Origin: Reclinomonas americana ATCC 50394
Lineage: Eukaryota
Length of the DNA: 35,794 nucleotides
Assembly (NCBI GenBank): GCA_048213135.1
Contig: PS015097.1
Coordinates: 278,070 to 313,863, forward strand
Reading direction: 5' to 3'
This document shows, piece after piece, positions 13,943 through 27,700 of this stretch. The notes under the pieces were generated by a model, which saw only the letters and a list, made by a program, of their open reading frames with translations, did no database searches and was not told the origin of the DNA. Position numbers and translations under genes: made by a program. The stretch's first letter is position 1, and every line of letters starts with the position of its first letter.

Positions 13943-16900
13943 TGCTGTCGTCTACATTTCCTTGGTCTATGGCGCGAATTGTTGTTTTTTCACACGCGGC
14001 ATGTGTTTTGTAGCCTACACCACCTCGTCGGCCACGTCGTTTACACCGACCACGACTCACGCACCATTCAACGGTCCGGTGACGGTGAACGGTATCGATT
14101 TGACTCCCGTGTTTGGCGTGCGCTCGGTCCGCTTCGAGTCCGTGTTCCCATGCACACCTGGTACCACTGCCGTTGGTCAAGTGCTATCAGTGTCGGCCGG
14201 CGGATTGGTAGCAAATGGAACCAACCAGTTGCTCGTCACCTCCACCGCTGTACCGATGACCCCCAACACCTGGAGGTCTGTCTGTGTGTGTGTATTGTCA
14301 TGGTCTGTTTCGCACACTCCCCATTTATCGCCTTCTTTTGTTGCAGTGTTTGCGTCGAGTATGCCAAGGACCCGGATGTCTATGCGACCGTTGGATCGTC
14401 GCCGCTGTACATTGGTTTGTTCTCTTGAAAAAGTTGCTTGCGTTCAATCACCTCCAGTCGTACTGAGCATGTGTACGTTCTGGCAAATAGTGTCAGCATC
14501 TACGTTTTCTCCCTCCAGCGTGCAGGCCTACTCGGCCAACGTGATTCTGACGGTGTCCGGCACCTCGCTTTCGGCCGCAACTATTCGCGCTTTCCGTCTC
14601 GAAGTCGGTCCTTCTTGCACTGCCAGTGGATCCCCGCCGGCCACGGCCATCGCCATCAATTCGGCCTCGCTCGTGTTCGTGGCATCTGCGCTGAGCGTGA
14701 CGATGCCGCTGCCGACAGGGGGGATGGCTGCAGGCACCTACTCGGTTTGTGTCAATTACACTGACACGGCCGCCGACGTGTTTACTGTCGTCGGCTCGTC
14801 GCCGCTACTCGTCGGTTGCGTCGCTCGCTATCTGCGCATACTTGCACTTCCTACAACCACGCTCACGTTGCTCATTTTGTGACTACAGATGCCGGTACCG
14901 CCGTTTCTCCGTCGTACAAGCTGCAGGGCGACACTGGTACCGTCACCGTTACCGGCACGTATCTCGGTCCTGGCCTGGTGCGCAGCGTGCGCTTGGAACC
15001 CAACGTACTCAACTGCACCATGGGTAGCAACGGTCCGCCCGGTGGCACTGTGACCATCACGGGTCTCGCCTTCGACTCGGTGACCAAGCAGCTCACCGGA
15101 ACGCTCTCCAGCTCCATCTCGGTCCCTGCGACATACTCGGTGTGTATCGAGTACCTGCTCACCAATGCCAGTGACGCTCAGTACGTCAAGGTCACCACCG
15201 GCAGCATCTTTGTTGGTAAGAGAGAGAGAGAGAGAGAGAGAGGAGGGAGGGAGGGAGGGAGGGAGGGAGGGAGAGAGAGAAGAGTCGTCTCGTCGTACTA
15301 GTTCGACTACTACGAACGTTAACTTACGTCCGTCCCCCGTCCCCGACAACGACGACTACCGTACCCCGGTTACCCGNNNNNNNNNNNNNNNNNNNNNNNN
15401 NNNNNNNNNNNNNNNNNNNNNNNNNNNNNNNNNNNNNNNNNNNNNNNNNNNNNNNNNNNNNNNNNNNNNNNNNNNNNNNNNNNNNNNNNNNNNNNNNNNN
15501 NNNNNNNNNNNNNNNNNNNNNNNNNNNNNNNNNNNNNNNNNNNNNNNNNNNNNNNNNNNNNNNNNNNNNNNNNNNNNNNNNNNNNNNNNNNNNNNNNNNN
15601 NNNNNNNNNNNNNNNNNNNNNNNNNNNNNNNNNNNNNNNNNNNNNNNNNNNNNNNNNNNNNNNNNNNNNNNNNNNNNNNNNNNNNNNNNNNNNNNNNNNN
15701 NNNNNNNNNNNNNNNNNNNNNNNNNNNNNNNNAGAGAGAGGGAGGGAGGGAGGGAGGGAGGGAGGGTGAGAGAGAGAATGCTCTGTCATTGCATCAGACT
15801 TATGCCTCCCCGCACAGCATCACCCGGTACCTTTGCACCCAGCGATGTGGAGGCACTCAACGACGCGACGTCTTTCGCGATTCAAGGCGAGGGACTCGAC
15901 TCATCCTCCATTGATACTGTTCGTTTCGAGTTTGGACCCGTGTGCAGCCCCAACCTGACACCGGCCGTGGGCGCACAAGTGCTGTACTCCACCGGCGCCT
16001 TCTCCACAGTCATGACTGTTAGCTTGGTCACCAGCACTGCGGGCAAGTCAATTCTTGTGCCTCTACCCACTGGCGGTCTGCCGCGCGGAACGTGGTCGGT
16101 GTGCGTGCAACTCAAGGGTCGTACCGACTTTGCCAAAGTCGATCCCCTCTCCGAACTGGGCAGCTGTTGCGTACCTTGATCTTAATTCTTGCTATTTTCT
16201 GTTGACTCGTGTATGTGCTTGTTAACTTTGGTTTTCTTTGCATGTGTGCAGCGGTGGTGACATCGTTCACACCACTGACCATGCGCATCGGCGATGCGCT
16301 GGCGGTGACCCTCACCGGCACTACCCTGCAGCCGGGTGTCGACATTCGCTCGGTACGCTTCGAGCCGCAGGCGGCCGGCCCCAATTGCACTCGTGGCAGT
16401 GGCTCATCGCCGCGTGCCTCGAGTGTCACGGTCGATTCGACGAGCCTGACGAGCAACGGACCACTGTTCACGCAAACAGTCGTGCCGACGCCGGCTGGAT
16501 TCCCCGCCATCAGTGAGGCCTTTTACGTGTGTGTAGAGTACACTGTGAGTGACCCAACGTGGAAGGCGTACGTGCTGTCGGCCGTGGTGCCTGTGCTCAC
16601 CACGGTCGTCCAACTTAATGCTGTGCCACTGCTCGTTCGTTGCGTCGTTTGCGTCAGTCAGCTCGCTGTTTTTTTTTTTTGCAGTCGGCCTCACTTTTGT
16701 TGTGCAGCTTCGGTGGGTTCGTTTTCGCCGGTGACGGTGCTCCCGAGTACAACGAACGCGTTTAGGATTGTGTCTGTTTCGTGGGGGGACTAACTTTTTG
16801 CCGCGGCATTAGTAGTTTTTGTGTTGCTCAAGTAACTCTCGCGTTGGCGCAGGCTGGCCTCGGCCCGGCAAGTATCCGTCGTGTGCGGTTTGAACGGGTC

Positions 16901-19900
16901 ACCCCGCCGGCGGTGTCGTGCACCACTGGTGTGCTGCCAGCCGTCGGCACGTACACGGACGTGACCAGCGGCCTGGTGCCACTGGCGTTCTACCGCCAGT
17001 TGTCGCTCAGTATGCCGCCGCTTGTCACCGGCGTGTACGCAGTGTGCCTGGAGTTTGTCGGCGATGCGCCCGCTTCGCTGGTCATGCGCAAGGCCGGTCC
17101 AGCAACCGAACTCCTCGTCCGTGAGTAAGGGACGGTGACGCGGGCGCTCCGCTTGACTTTCAGCACCGCTCACTCACTCCTGTATTCTTGCAGCATCGCT
17201 TACCTCCTTCACGCCGCAAACCGCTCTCGTTGGCACCGTGCTCACCAACCTCGCCATCACTGGCGTGGCGCTCAAATCGACGCAGTCGGTTACCACTGTG
17301 CGCCTCGAGCCCGGTTTTACGTGCGACTCCAGTGGAAATCCAGTAGTCGGTGCTATCACCGTCGTCGGCGCTAATCTCACCTCGAATGCCGATCTCACTG
17401 TGCTCTCCGGAAGCACCGCACCGACAACATTGCCCGGTGGCACCTTTTCGGTGTGTGTCAACCTCGCCGCCGATGTGGTCACCAACTTTTCCAAGATTCC
17501 CGGGCCGTTGCCGCTGCTCGTTGGTGCGTCGCCGATCAAAACTGCATGTGTGTGTGTGTGTGTGTTATGGTGCATTGTAACTCAATCATCGCCTGTACCT
17601 CCCCCCACAGGCTCTACCACGCTTGTCACGCCGACCGTCAGTGCGCCTCTGGCCAGCTATCCGCTCACGCTGGTTGGGCTGGGGCTTGATGCGCTGTCGG
17701 TGCGAACTGTGCGCCTGGAACTCGGGGCAACATGCACCACTGGTGTGGCCAGTCCACCAGTCGGCACCTATTTTGACGTCAGCAGCGGTCTCCTGTCGAC
17801 CTTGCTGAACACGCAGCTGGTGGTTCCGTTTGTTGGCGTCACCGCTGGCACGTACAGTGTGTGCGTCAACTACTTGGCGAGTCCAGCCAGCAATTTTACG
17901 TTTACACGGGTCACCAACGCGGCTGGTGGCGACGTGGTTTACATTCGTGCGTTCTTTTTTCCGCGCCCTTGTTTTTTTTTTTTTTTTTTTTTGCTGCAGC
18001 GGTGTGTCTGACTTACCGGCTCTCTTCCTGCACAGCCTCTGCGGACGCGTTCACGCCACAGTCCATGGTGCTGAATACGGCAACCACTCTGCAGCTCACT
18101 GGCACAGCTCTCGCCTCATTTACGGTGGGCCGAGGCGGATTTGTGTTTGTGCGAAGGCGGGTAGACTCATCATCATCATCATCATCCATGTGCGTGTGTC
18201 TCTCCGCAGATATCTGCCGTTGGCCTCTCCCTTACATCGTCGTCACCGCCGTGCTCCGCCGTGTCGGTGATGGCCACCATCACTAGTGTGGACACCGCTC
18301 CGTACACGGCCCTCGCTGCATCGGCGACCGTCGGCGTTGGCGGCATCTACTCGGTGTGTGTGTCCCTGGTGTCGCAGCCCTCTACCTTTTTGCCGGTCGG
18401 CACTGCCAGTATCACAGTCGGTTTGTTTTTTACGGGCATCGCCTCCTACCTCCGTGCACTGCTGACTCGATTCTCCATGTAGCCACTGCCACGTCATTCT
18501 CGCCGCTCTCCATGCCGCGTATGTTGGTGGAGTCGTCATCGGTGCTTACCGTCAACGGCGCTGCGCTGGATCCCAACTCGTCTGTGTCGGCCGTGTACAT
18601 GGACCCCACCGGAGCCTGCCAGACAACCTCGGCGGGCATTTTGCGCTTCTCCGGTGCCGATCTGTCGGCCAACGACTCCTTGACCGCGTTGTCCGTCAGC
18701 CTCGCCGCGTTATCGTCGCTCGATCCCGGCGCGTACGCGGTATGCATGGAGTACGGAATCGCCGGCGTTCTATTCCCCGTCGACGCCGCCAACCGTGTTC
18801 TCGTTGGTGAGACCTGCTCATTCCTGCACGCTGTATTCCTCGCCGTCATCGCCATTCACATGGCTGCTGCGATTTCACACAGGCACTGGCGTCTCTTTCT
18901 CGCCCACCTTGGTGACCGGCAACGTGCAGAGCATCCTTACGATCGCTGGCAATGGTCTTGGAGCGTCCTCGGTGGCCAGTGTGTTGCTGTCACCCAACAA
19001 CATGTGCCCCGACGACGTGGGCTTCATCTTGCCGCCGACAGCACTCACCTTTTCTGCCGACTACACGTCTGCGTTGGTGACCATTGCTCCGCTGACGGTG
19101 GATCCAAACTACTATTATGTGTGCATCTCGCTGACAACCGACACTGTCGGCGTGTACACAAATGTGGACTCGGGTTCACAACTCATTATCGGTGAGTGAC
19201 ATGTGGGTGTGTTGTGCGAGACTGCAAAACATTGATCATGCGCACGATGTGCCTTCAGTGACTGGCACATCATTTACACCGGCGGCTGTTCCCACGGCCA
19301 CCGCTGGCTACACGCTGTCCGTCAACGGCTTCCCTTTCACCTTGAGCACCGTCTCCAGCTTGCACTTGCAGTCGGGCCAAACATGCTCGCAGCCTGCTGT
19401 CTCATTGGCTGTCAGCCCCGCTCTGAGTCTGCCGTCCGCTTCCCGCTCTGTCCTGCCGTCACCGACCGCAGGCCACGTGACTGCGCGTGTTGCGTGGTCT
19501 ACGCGTCCGGTGACAGCACTCGCGAGCGTGGGCGCGCCAGTAGATTTCAACATGCTCGACATTATGCAGTTCAGCTACGACAGTCAGCAGGTGACGCAAG
19601 ATTTGCCGCCGCTGCTGCCCGACGTCTACAGTGTGTGCGTTACCTTTGCCGCGATTCCGGAAATCACCGTTAAAGTCGGCACCACTGGGCAGGAGCTGCT
19701 TGTTGGTACGTTGCAGGAGTGATTCCAGTGTGCCATCGTCTCCACCCGCTTACCATTACCGCCCGCCGAACAGCGCAAGCCACCGCTTTTACACCCCCGT
19801 CGGGCTCGCTGTCGGCGGCCACCACGCTGACCATTGCTGGTATTGCGCTGCGGTGGGGAGCCGCAGCTGACAATAGCGTGCTGGATGTGGTCGCCGCACG

Positions 19901-22543
19901 CACTGCCGCCACGGCCATGCAAGCACCGACTTGTGCAGGCGCCACATCGTCGCCGGTGTTGCTGTCGGCGGCGATTATGGCGACCACCAGCTACTCGCAA
20001 ATCTTTGGACTGACGGATGTCATCACCATCCCTGGCTTTTACGACGTGTGCATTGCGTTTGTCGGAGACAGTGAGACCTACTTCCCGATTGGCGCAACGC
20101 AGTTTATTGTTGGTTCGTAGGCATGTGAATGGTCATGGATGTGTGCTGTGCACTGGCTACTGACACGCACGCTTGCGCATGTGTATGTCATTACAGCGTC
20201 GGCCGACAGCATTGCCCCTGCGACGGTGCTTGCCGAAGACCCCACGGCGTTGGTGACCGTGTCTGGCAGCGCATTGGTGGCCGCCACGGCCATTACGTCT
20301 GTGCGGCTACAGGCCAGCACCGACTGCACCATGCCTGATGCGCTGGCCGTGCGCTCGACAACACTGTCGAATCCGGTGGATGCCACAAAGTTGGTGGTGC
20401 AAGTTGGCGGTGTCGGCCTGGTTCCCGACGCCAACGACACAGCGTTCACTGCGTGTGTCGAATACGCTGCGCGACCGAATGTGTATGTGTTGTTGGGCAC
20501 GCCGACGACTGTGGCTGCCTGTTGCGTTTGCTTTCCTTGTCGGTGTCAATTTTCATGCCGTCATCGTCGCCCACCATCTGTTTTTCGTCACGCAGTGCCG
20601 TCGGTGACCACTTTTTCGCCCGGCATCGTCAATCGCAATGGTGCAGGCAGTGCGTTGACGATCACGGGTCGTGCGTTGAGGACTACCGATCAAGTGGCAC
20701 TCACCACCGACACCTGCGATATGGTCACCACGGGCACGCCAGTGCTCTCCGTCTCGGGCGTGGCTGGTTCTCGGCTCGCTGTCGTGCGAGTATCAGCACT
20801 GAACGCCAACGCCGGCATCTACTCTGTGTGCTACCAGTTCCGCGGAGCCGGGTCGTGGGTCACCGTGGATGTGATTACGGTCACTGTCGGTTGGTCTCCT
20901 CTGTCCCACTATTTGTTCACCTGCGGGACCATTTGCTCAGCCTTCTCTTTTTTTGTCTTTGTAGCCGATGTCACGGCCGTGGATCCGCCGGCCTTCACGC
21001 CCGCTGGTTCGTGGTCGGTGTCGGTGTCTGGCCTGTATATGGCCAGCACGGGTACTTTTATGATTAGCACCACCTCTGCGTGTGCGGCTACTGTGGCTGG
21101 CACCACTGTCACCACGGCTGCCTCTGGAAACACGCCCACAGCGATGCAGCTGACAGTGACTGTGGCTGCTGGCACGGCCGGTGGTAGCTACAAGCTGTGC
21201 GTCCGATGGCTGTCGACATCTGCGTTCTCGCTCACCACCTTCCAGCCCGTGAACATTGGTTTGTCGGGAGGATATTAGCAGTATTCGCCCCGTGCTGGCT
21301 GCGGTCTCATCACTTCTGTCGGTTTTCCTCTTCGTGCAGCGGTCGCCTCCGCCACCGTGCCCCCTGCCGTCCCGCAGGCGTCGTCGCAGGCAGTGGCAAT
21401 TGCAGGCGCCGGCTTTGTTGACATTGCAGCTGTTGGCTTGCCACTGTTCCTGTCCGACGCACCCTCCTGCAGCGGCGGCAGCACTATTTTGGTGTCGTCG
21501 CCGCAGTTTGTCTCACAAGCGTCGCTCACGTTTGCCGTCAACTCATCGACTGTGGCCAGTGAGTATTCTACGTCTGGCATCGCATTCTCTCATAATGTGC
21601 GCCTTGCGTCACTCACTCTGCTCCTGCTCGCTCTCTCGCGCAGCTGGTGCCTACACGATTTGCGTGCGATGGAGCAACTCAGTGTCGACCTACAGTGCCC
21701 TCTCTACCATCTCCGTTGGTGCGTATTGTGCGCCCTGTGCTGCAGTCATGTGTGTCAACCAGCTCATTTCCTGTGCGCGCAGCTACCATCTCTTCCCTGT
21801 CGGTGACCGTAATCACCAAGGCCGCTGGACAAAAAGTCGACATTGTGGGTTCGGGCTTTGTGAATCTGGCCACGGCCACACCGGTGGACTCGTCTGCTGT
21901 GGTTCTCTCTGCCGACTGCACCGCCACGCCTGTAATCGTGTCTGCCTCGGCATCGGTCACGACCGCCACACCCCCGACACTGCTCACCGTGACTTTCAAT
22001 GCTGCATTAACGATGGGCAACAGCTATCAGGTGTGCCTTCGATGGGCCTCCTCGGCCGCCTACAACCTGGCAGGCAATCTGCTCGTCGGTGAGTGTCCTG
22101 TTGCAGCGACAGCTTTCACTTTTCATGCGCTGAAGGCATGATCACAGCCCAATTCAATGCACTGACTCCTGCTCGCATTGAGCAAATGGCACTGCGATAC
22201 GTCACTGTATCCGGCACGATGTTTGACAACTCGGGCATGTTTGTGTTTGCTGCGTCGGCTGCTGCTTGTGCCGGCACTGTCGCCTCGGTGGTACCGATGA
22301 CGTCCACCACTTGGATCGATTCCTCCACGTTTGTTCTTGTGCTGGATGCAAGTAGCACTGCGTCGGCCGCGTATGTGCTGTGCGTGCGCTGGACGGCCGC
22401 TCTTCCGTACGGCAGTACTGGTCACACGGTTACCATCGGTTGCGTTTGTGCACCAAGTATTTATTTGTGTTGGTTGATGAACTCACTGACTCTCTCTCTC
22501 TCTCTCTCTCTTTCATTCCTCTATCTCTCTCTCTCTCTCTCTC

Positions 22544-22583
<40 letters not shown>

Positions 22584-22737
22584 CTCTCTCTCTCTCTCNN
22601 NNNNNNNNNNNNNNNNNNCGTACGTACGTACGTCGTACACGGTTACCGTACGTACGGTTCGGTTCGGTTTCGGTTTGGTTCGTACCAACGTAACGTTAAT
22701 TTTAGTTTGTTTGGTTTGGTTGTAGTACGTACTACTA

Positions 22738-22788
<51 letters not shown>

Positions 22789-24673
22789 TTATCCAGCCAC
22801 TGCTTCATTGTTTTCGCCAGTGACAATTGTGGCATCATCGGCAGCCGCCAAGGTTACAGTAACCGGCACGCACCTGGCTACCTCCGACGATTTGGCGTTG
22901 GAGCCTGGCGACTCCTGCACATCAGCCGGCGGCGCTTCCGGCACCGTCACCATCTCCACAACCCCAGTCCTTGGCGGCGGCGCTACATTGCTTACCTACA
23001 CCATGGGTGGCAGCGGGGTGCCTGGTGGTGTGTACTCTGTTTGCCTGCGCTTCTCGACCACGGGCGGCTACTTCAAAGTTGGCATCACCGAGCTTATCAT
23101 CCGTTGCGGCATGACGTGTGTGTTTTTTGAATATTGATTCATGGGAGTGTCGCCTCACCTACCGTGATGCATGTTCTCTCCCGTAGCCGCATTCACGGCA
23201 GTGACCCCGCTGTCGGCCACTGCCGAGGTGCCGAACACTGCCTTCACCCTCACTGGCGTCGGGATGCGGCCTGGCGCCTCCATTGGCACGGTGTTGTTGC
23301 AGCCGGGCAGTAGCTGCACCGGCACCAACGCCACGGTCGTGGGCACCATTGCCCCCGATGCGACCCTCACCACGCTGTCGATGCTCGTAGACGGAGCCGG
23401 CATTATCATGCCACCGCTGCCTCCCGACACATTCATCGTGTGTGTGGAGTTGCTGTCGGCGCCGTCAACATATGTGCAGGCCACACCCGATGTCATTGCT
23501 GTTGGTGCGTGGAGGATGCATGCGCTGTAGTCAACAAAGAGACTCACTGTTGTGTTTGTCATGTGCACCAGCGGCCGTCGCCAGTAGCTTCTCGCCCGCG
23601 CAAATCAACGCAGAGATGCAAGGCGAGATCGTTGTGTTGTCGGGCCTCGGTCTCCGTGCGTCGGATGTGGTGCGACTGCAGGCTGTTCCTGGCTCGTGTG
23701 CCACTGTGGGAGCGCCCACTCAGTTTACGTCGTCTTCGCTCATCGGCCTGCCGGGAGCGCGACAGTTGACCGCCTCTGCCACGAGTGATGCCACTGTTCC
23801 GCTCGGCTCCTACACTGTGTGGTTGCGTTTGTGTGCAGCGCAACGCGTCCACTGTTGTTCCTCCTTGTGGTTTTGTGTCGTGACTTTTTGGTTGTGTCAT
23901 CACAGCATTCAGTATGGTGGTGCCGGCGTATTCAGCGCCCTACCTTCCACTCTCACCGCTGGTTCGTATGCACTGCGCTCGGTTTCTGGTCTTTCTGTGC
24001 ACTCGCAGTGCAACTGACTCCTGTGCGCAGTGGCCACGGTGTCGGGGTTCACGCCATCTACCATCAATGCCGAGGATGTGACAGCCACGCTGACTGTCCT
24101 CGGACGAGCCCTCGACGTCTCCTTTCCCGTGATTCTCGAACCGTCTGGCTCGTGCTCGATGCTGCCGTCGGCTTCGGCCGTCCTTCTCACTTCCACTTCT
24201 GTCGTGGGTGTCGCCGGTGCGCGCAAGCTCATCAGCGCCGTTTCCGTGTCGAGTCCTCTTGGTCTTGGCACCTACGCCGTGTGCATTCGGTTGGCCGTCG
24301 GCGCTCCGTATCAACAAGTCGGCAGCTCGCTCCTTGTTGCTGGTGAGCGACAGTGTGGAGTCATTCATTGCACAGAACGAGAAAGGTGGACTCACTCACT
24401 TCTCCAACCCTGCGCAGTCGGCTCGGGTATCGACTTTTCCCCGAGTACCATTCTTGCGGAACTCGGTGGTTCCACACTCACTGTCACTGGTCGCGCACTC
24501 ACCGTGGACGACACGTTCACATTGGCCTCTGGGGCTGTGTGCCCTATCACTGGTGGCTCCATTCCACTCACTGTGGCGGGTAGTCCGGGTGGATCATTTG
24601 GCGCGCGGACCCTCTCTGTTACCGTGCCAGCGGTGCGTTTGTATGTGAGAAAAGGGAGAGAGATATAGAGAGG

Positions 24674-24745
<72 letters not shown>

Positions 24746-27700
24746 TGACCTCACCACTCGTGTGTCATCGGTTGTAGATTCCACAAGACACATACACGCT
24801 CTGTGCCCGTTTCTCTGGCCGCCAGGCGAACGAGTTCAGCAGTGTCGGCAACACGTTGCAAGCTGGTCTGGCACTCGTCCACCATCGATCCCGTGTGTCA
24901 GCACCACAGATTCTCATCCGTGTGGCTCCTCGTGTCGCAGATCCGTCTGTCACTGGATTCTCGCCGCTGGTCATTGCCAACGACGGCCGTGGATCGGAGA
25001 TGGTCGTTTCGGGTCGCGCGCTGAGCACCAGCGATGTGCTCGGTTTGGCACCGGCAGCAAGTGGGTGTCCGGCGTCATCGTTGTCGGCCGGCAACAGTGT
25101 TCTATTGCACACTGGCGCTCTGTCTGGCGCCTTTGGCGCACGGCTCCTTGCTGTCACCGGACAGAGTATGGGTGTGCATGGAGGCCAGTTCGCGTTGTGC
25201 ATCATGTTTGCTGGAGCCACCACTGTGACTCAAGTGGGCGCTTCGCTGGTCACTGTCGGTGCGTTAGCGGTACTCGTGATGTCACCAGTGACTGCACCAC
25301 GACACTCATTCATAGGGGCGATTTGATTTGCAGCGGAATTGACGGCTTTGGATCCGCCCACGGTTACGCGGGCAACAGGTCGCACGGTGGCCGGCACTGG
25401 TGTCTCGATGGTGGCCGTCGCACCGACCGACACTGCCGCATTTGTGCTCGTCAGTGGGTGTACAAGTGCTGACACGGTGACCCCGCCCGCACCGGCCGCC
25501 GTGGCGGTCACCATGAGTGGCACAGTGTCGGGTGGAACGACTGTAGCGTTTACTCTCGATGCGAGTGGTCTCCTCGCTGGCTGCTACAGAGTTACGCCCG
25601 TGTGAATGAGAGGGGGATGTGGAGAAAGGGAGGAGCTCGAGGCGTGCGTGCGCATCTCACTATTTTTGCTTGTAACAGGTGTGGGTGCGCTGGCTTGCCA
25701 CGAATCTCTACTCGTTCAGCGGGCAGACGCTCTCCGTCGGTACGTGCCGCGTGCACCATTTGTCAGCTGGGGATTCTTGGCGTGCTCACACTTGCTCGCG
25801 TCTTGTAGCTGCGTACACATCGATCTCACCGGCTGCCGTGCTCTCTGCTGTGGCACACACGGTCACTCTGAGTGGCAATGGGTTTGTCTCGTTGCCGGCG
25901 AACCCTCCGGAAGCCATGCTGACGCAGTTGTGCGCTGGAACACTCCCTGTCGCGTGGCCGTCGTCCACCGTGACTGTGAATCCGTTGATGTCGTCGACGT
26001 CCATGTCGCTCGTGGTGGACGGGAGCAGTGGGGGTGTGTGATTGGGAGAGAGGGAGGAAGGGAGGGAGGGAGGGAAGAAAGAAGGGTGGGAGGAGGGCAG
26101 GAGGAGGAGCACACAAAAGAGCGGAGAGTACTGTTGACAGAAGGTGATGGGAATTCATGTATTTACTGTGTGATGTTGTGTTGCAGCTAATGGCAGTGCC
26201 CTGGCTCTTTGTGTCCGCTGGAGTGGGTCGGCCAGTGCGCAGTGGACTTTGGCGGGTGCCATCAACTTAGGTGCGCTTGTATCATAATTTCATTACTCAC
26301 TTTGGTCTTTGTTGTTGTATTGACGATTGTGAACGCCGTGTACCTTGCGTCTTCAGTCCGCATTGACGTACCACTGGCAGCTCCGGCAATCCATGCCACC
26401 AGCGCGCAGGTTTCGTGTTGATGCTGTCTTACTCATGCATTTCGTCGTGTGCTAATGGAATAGCTCCACTTGTATCGCAGTCGATGGTGTTGACAGGCGG
26501 AGGATTTGTCGACATGTCACAGACTGCCCTCGGCGGCGCCTTTGACAACCAGGCCTGGGTGCTGGCGGCAAGCTGTGCCGGTGTTTCAGTCCCTGTGGCC
26601 AACACACTGGTCACTCCGCAGTCATTGACTGCGATGGTCACTCAGCCGCCACTGGTCAGCGCACTTGTTTCTCCGCTGGCAGTGGCTGCCATGCCCACGA
26701 GCATGACTCTGCAATTCGATGCCCTTGGCGCCGTCACCGGATCGTACTCCCTGTGTGTACGTTTCGCTGCCAGCGCCACATACGATGCTGTGGCCACGTT
26801 GAACATTGGTAAGTGCTCGGCATTGTTGCTGTTCATTCACTCCCACGTACTCACATTGTGCCCCCCTCCGCTCACAGCCACCATTCTATCGTCCAATCCA
26901 CCGGCGGTGGTCGCCGGAGCCGTATCGACGGTGACGCTCAGTGGTGGCGGTCTTGTCGTCCCCTACGTCACCAACACGCAGGCGCTCGTGGTCGCCACGT
27001 CGTGCACTGGGATGGGCATGCTGCCGCCACCGGCACCAGTTGTCGTTCTGACCAACGCCATGCTGGCGGCCTCCAAGCTGGTGCTTTCCATGGACACTCG
27101 GATGGTCGCTGGCGGCGCTTATCGCGTGTGTGTGAAGTGGAATGAGGCTGCAACTACCTACGTGGATGCGGTTGGCATCAGCATTGGTTTGTCATTGCTC
27201 TTGCCACTTTTTTGCTCATGCGCAACTAATGGTTTCCCGTGCAGTGGCTGCAACTTCCATTCTGCCGCCTGTGATTCCGCCAACGACGAGCGCGCCTGTC
27301 GTGCTTCGCGTCCTCGGCTCTGGTCTTATCAATATTGGCCTCAACAGCGATCCGCAGCCGGCGTTCCTCGCTGACGACAGTACGTGCGCCGGCGCCAATG
27401 GTGGCTCGGGTCTCACGGTGTCGTGGAATTCGTTTGTGAGCAGTGGTGAAGTGCGCTTCACCGTGTCGGCTGCGATTGCTCCGGCGGCCTCTTATACCCT
27501 TTGTGTGCGGTGGTCATCGACGACTCCGTACACATCTGTCGGTCTCACGTTAGATGTTGGTGAGTACGCATTCCACACACAACCCACACGCACGTCCATG
27601 TGTCCTCTTTCGTTGACACACATCGTTCCCCCTACCAGTGAGCATCACATCGTTCTCGCCGCCGACAATCAATCGTCAACTCGACCAGAGACTGACGCTG

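Noticed and set aside
19381-19520. Possible GC-AG intron in an unusually long repeat
   Set aside because: The frame is open throughout and no convincing phase-matched donor/acceptor pair was found, so it cannot be supported.
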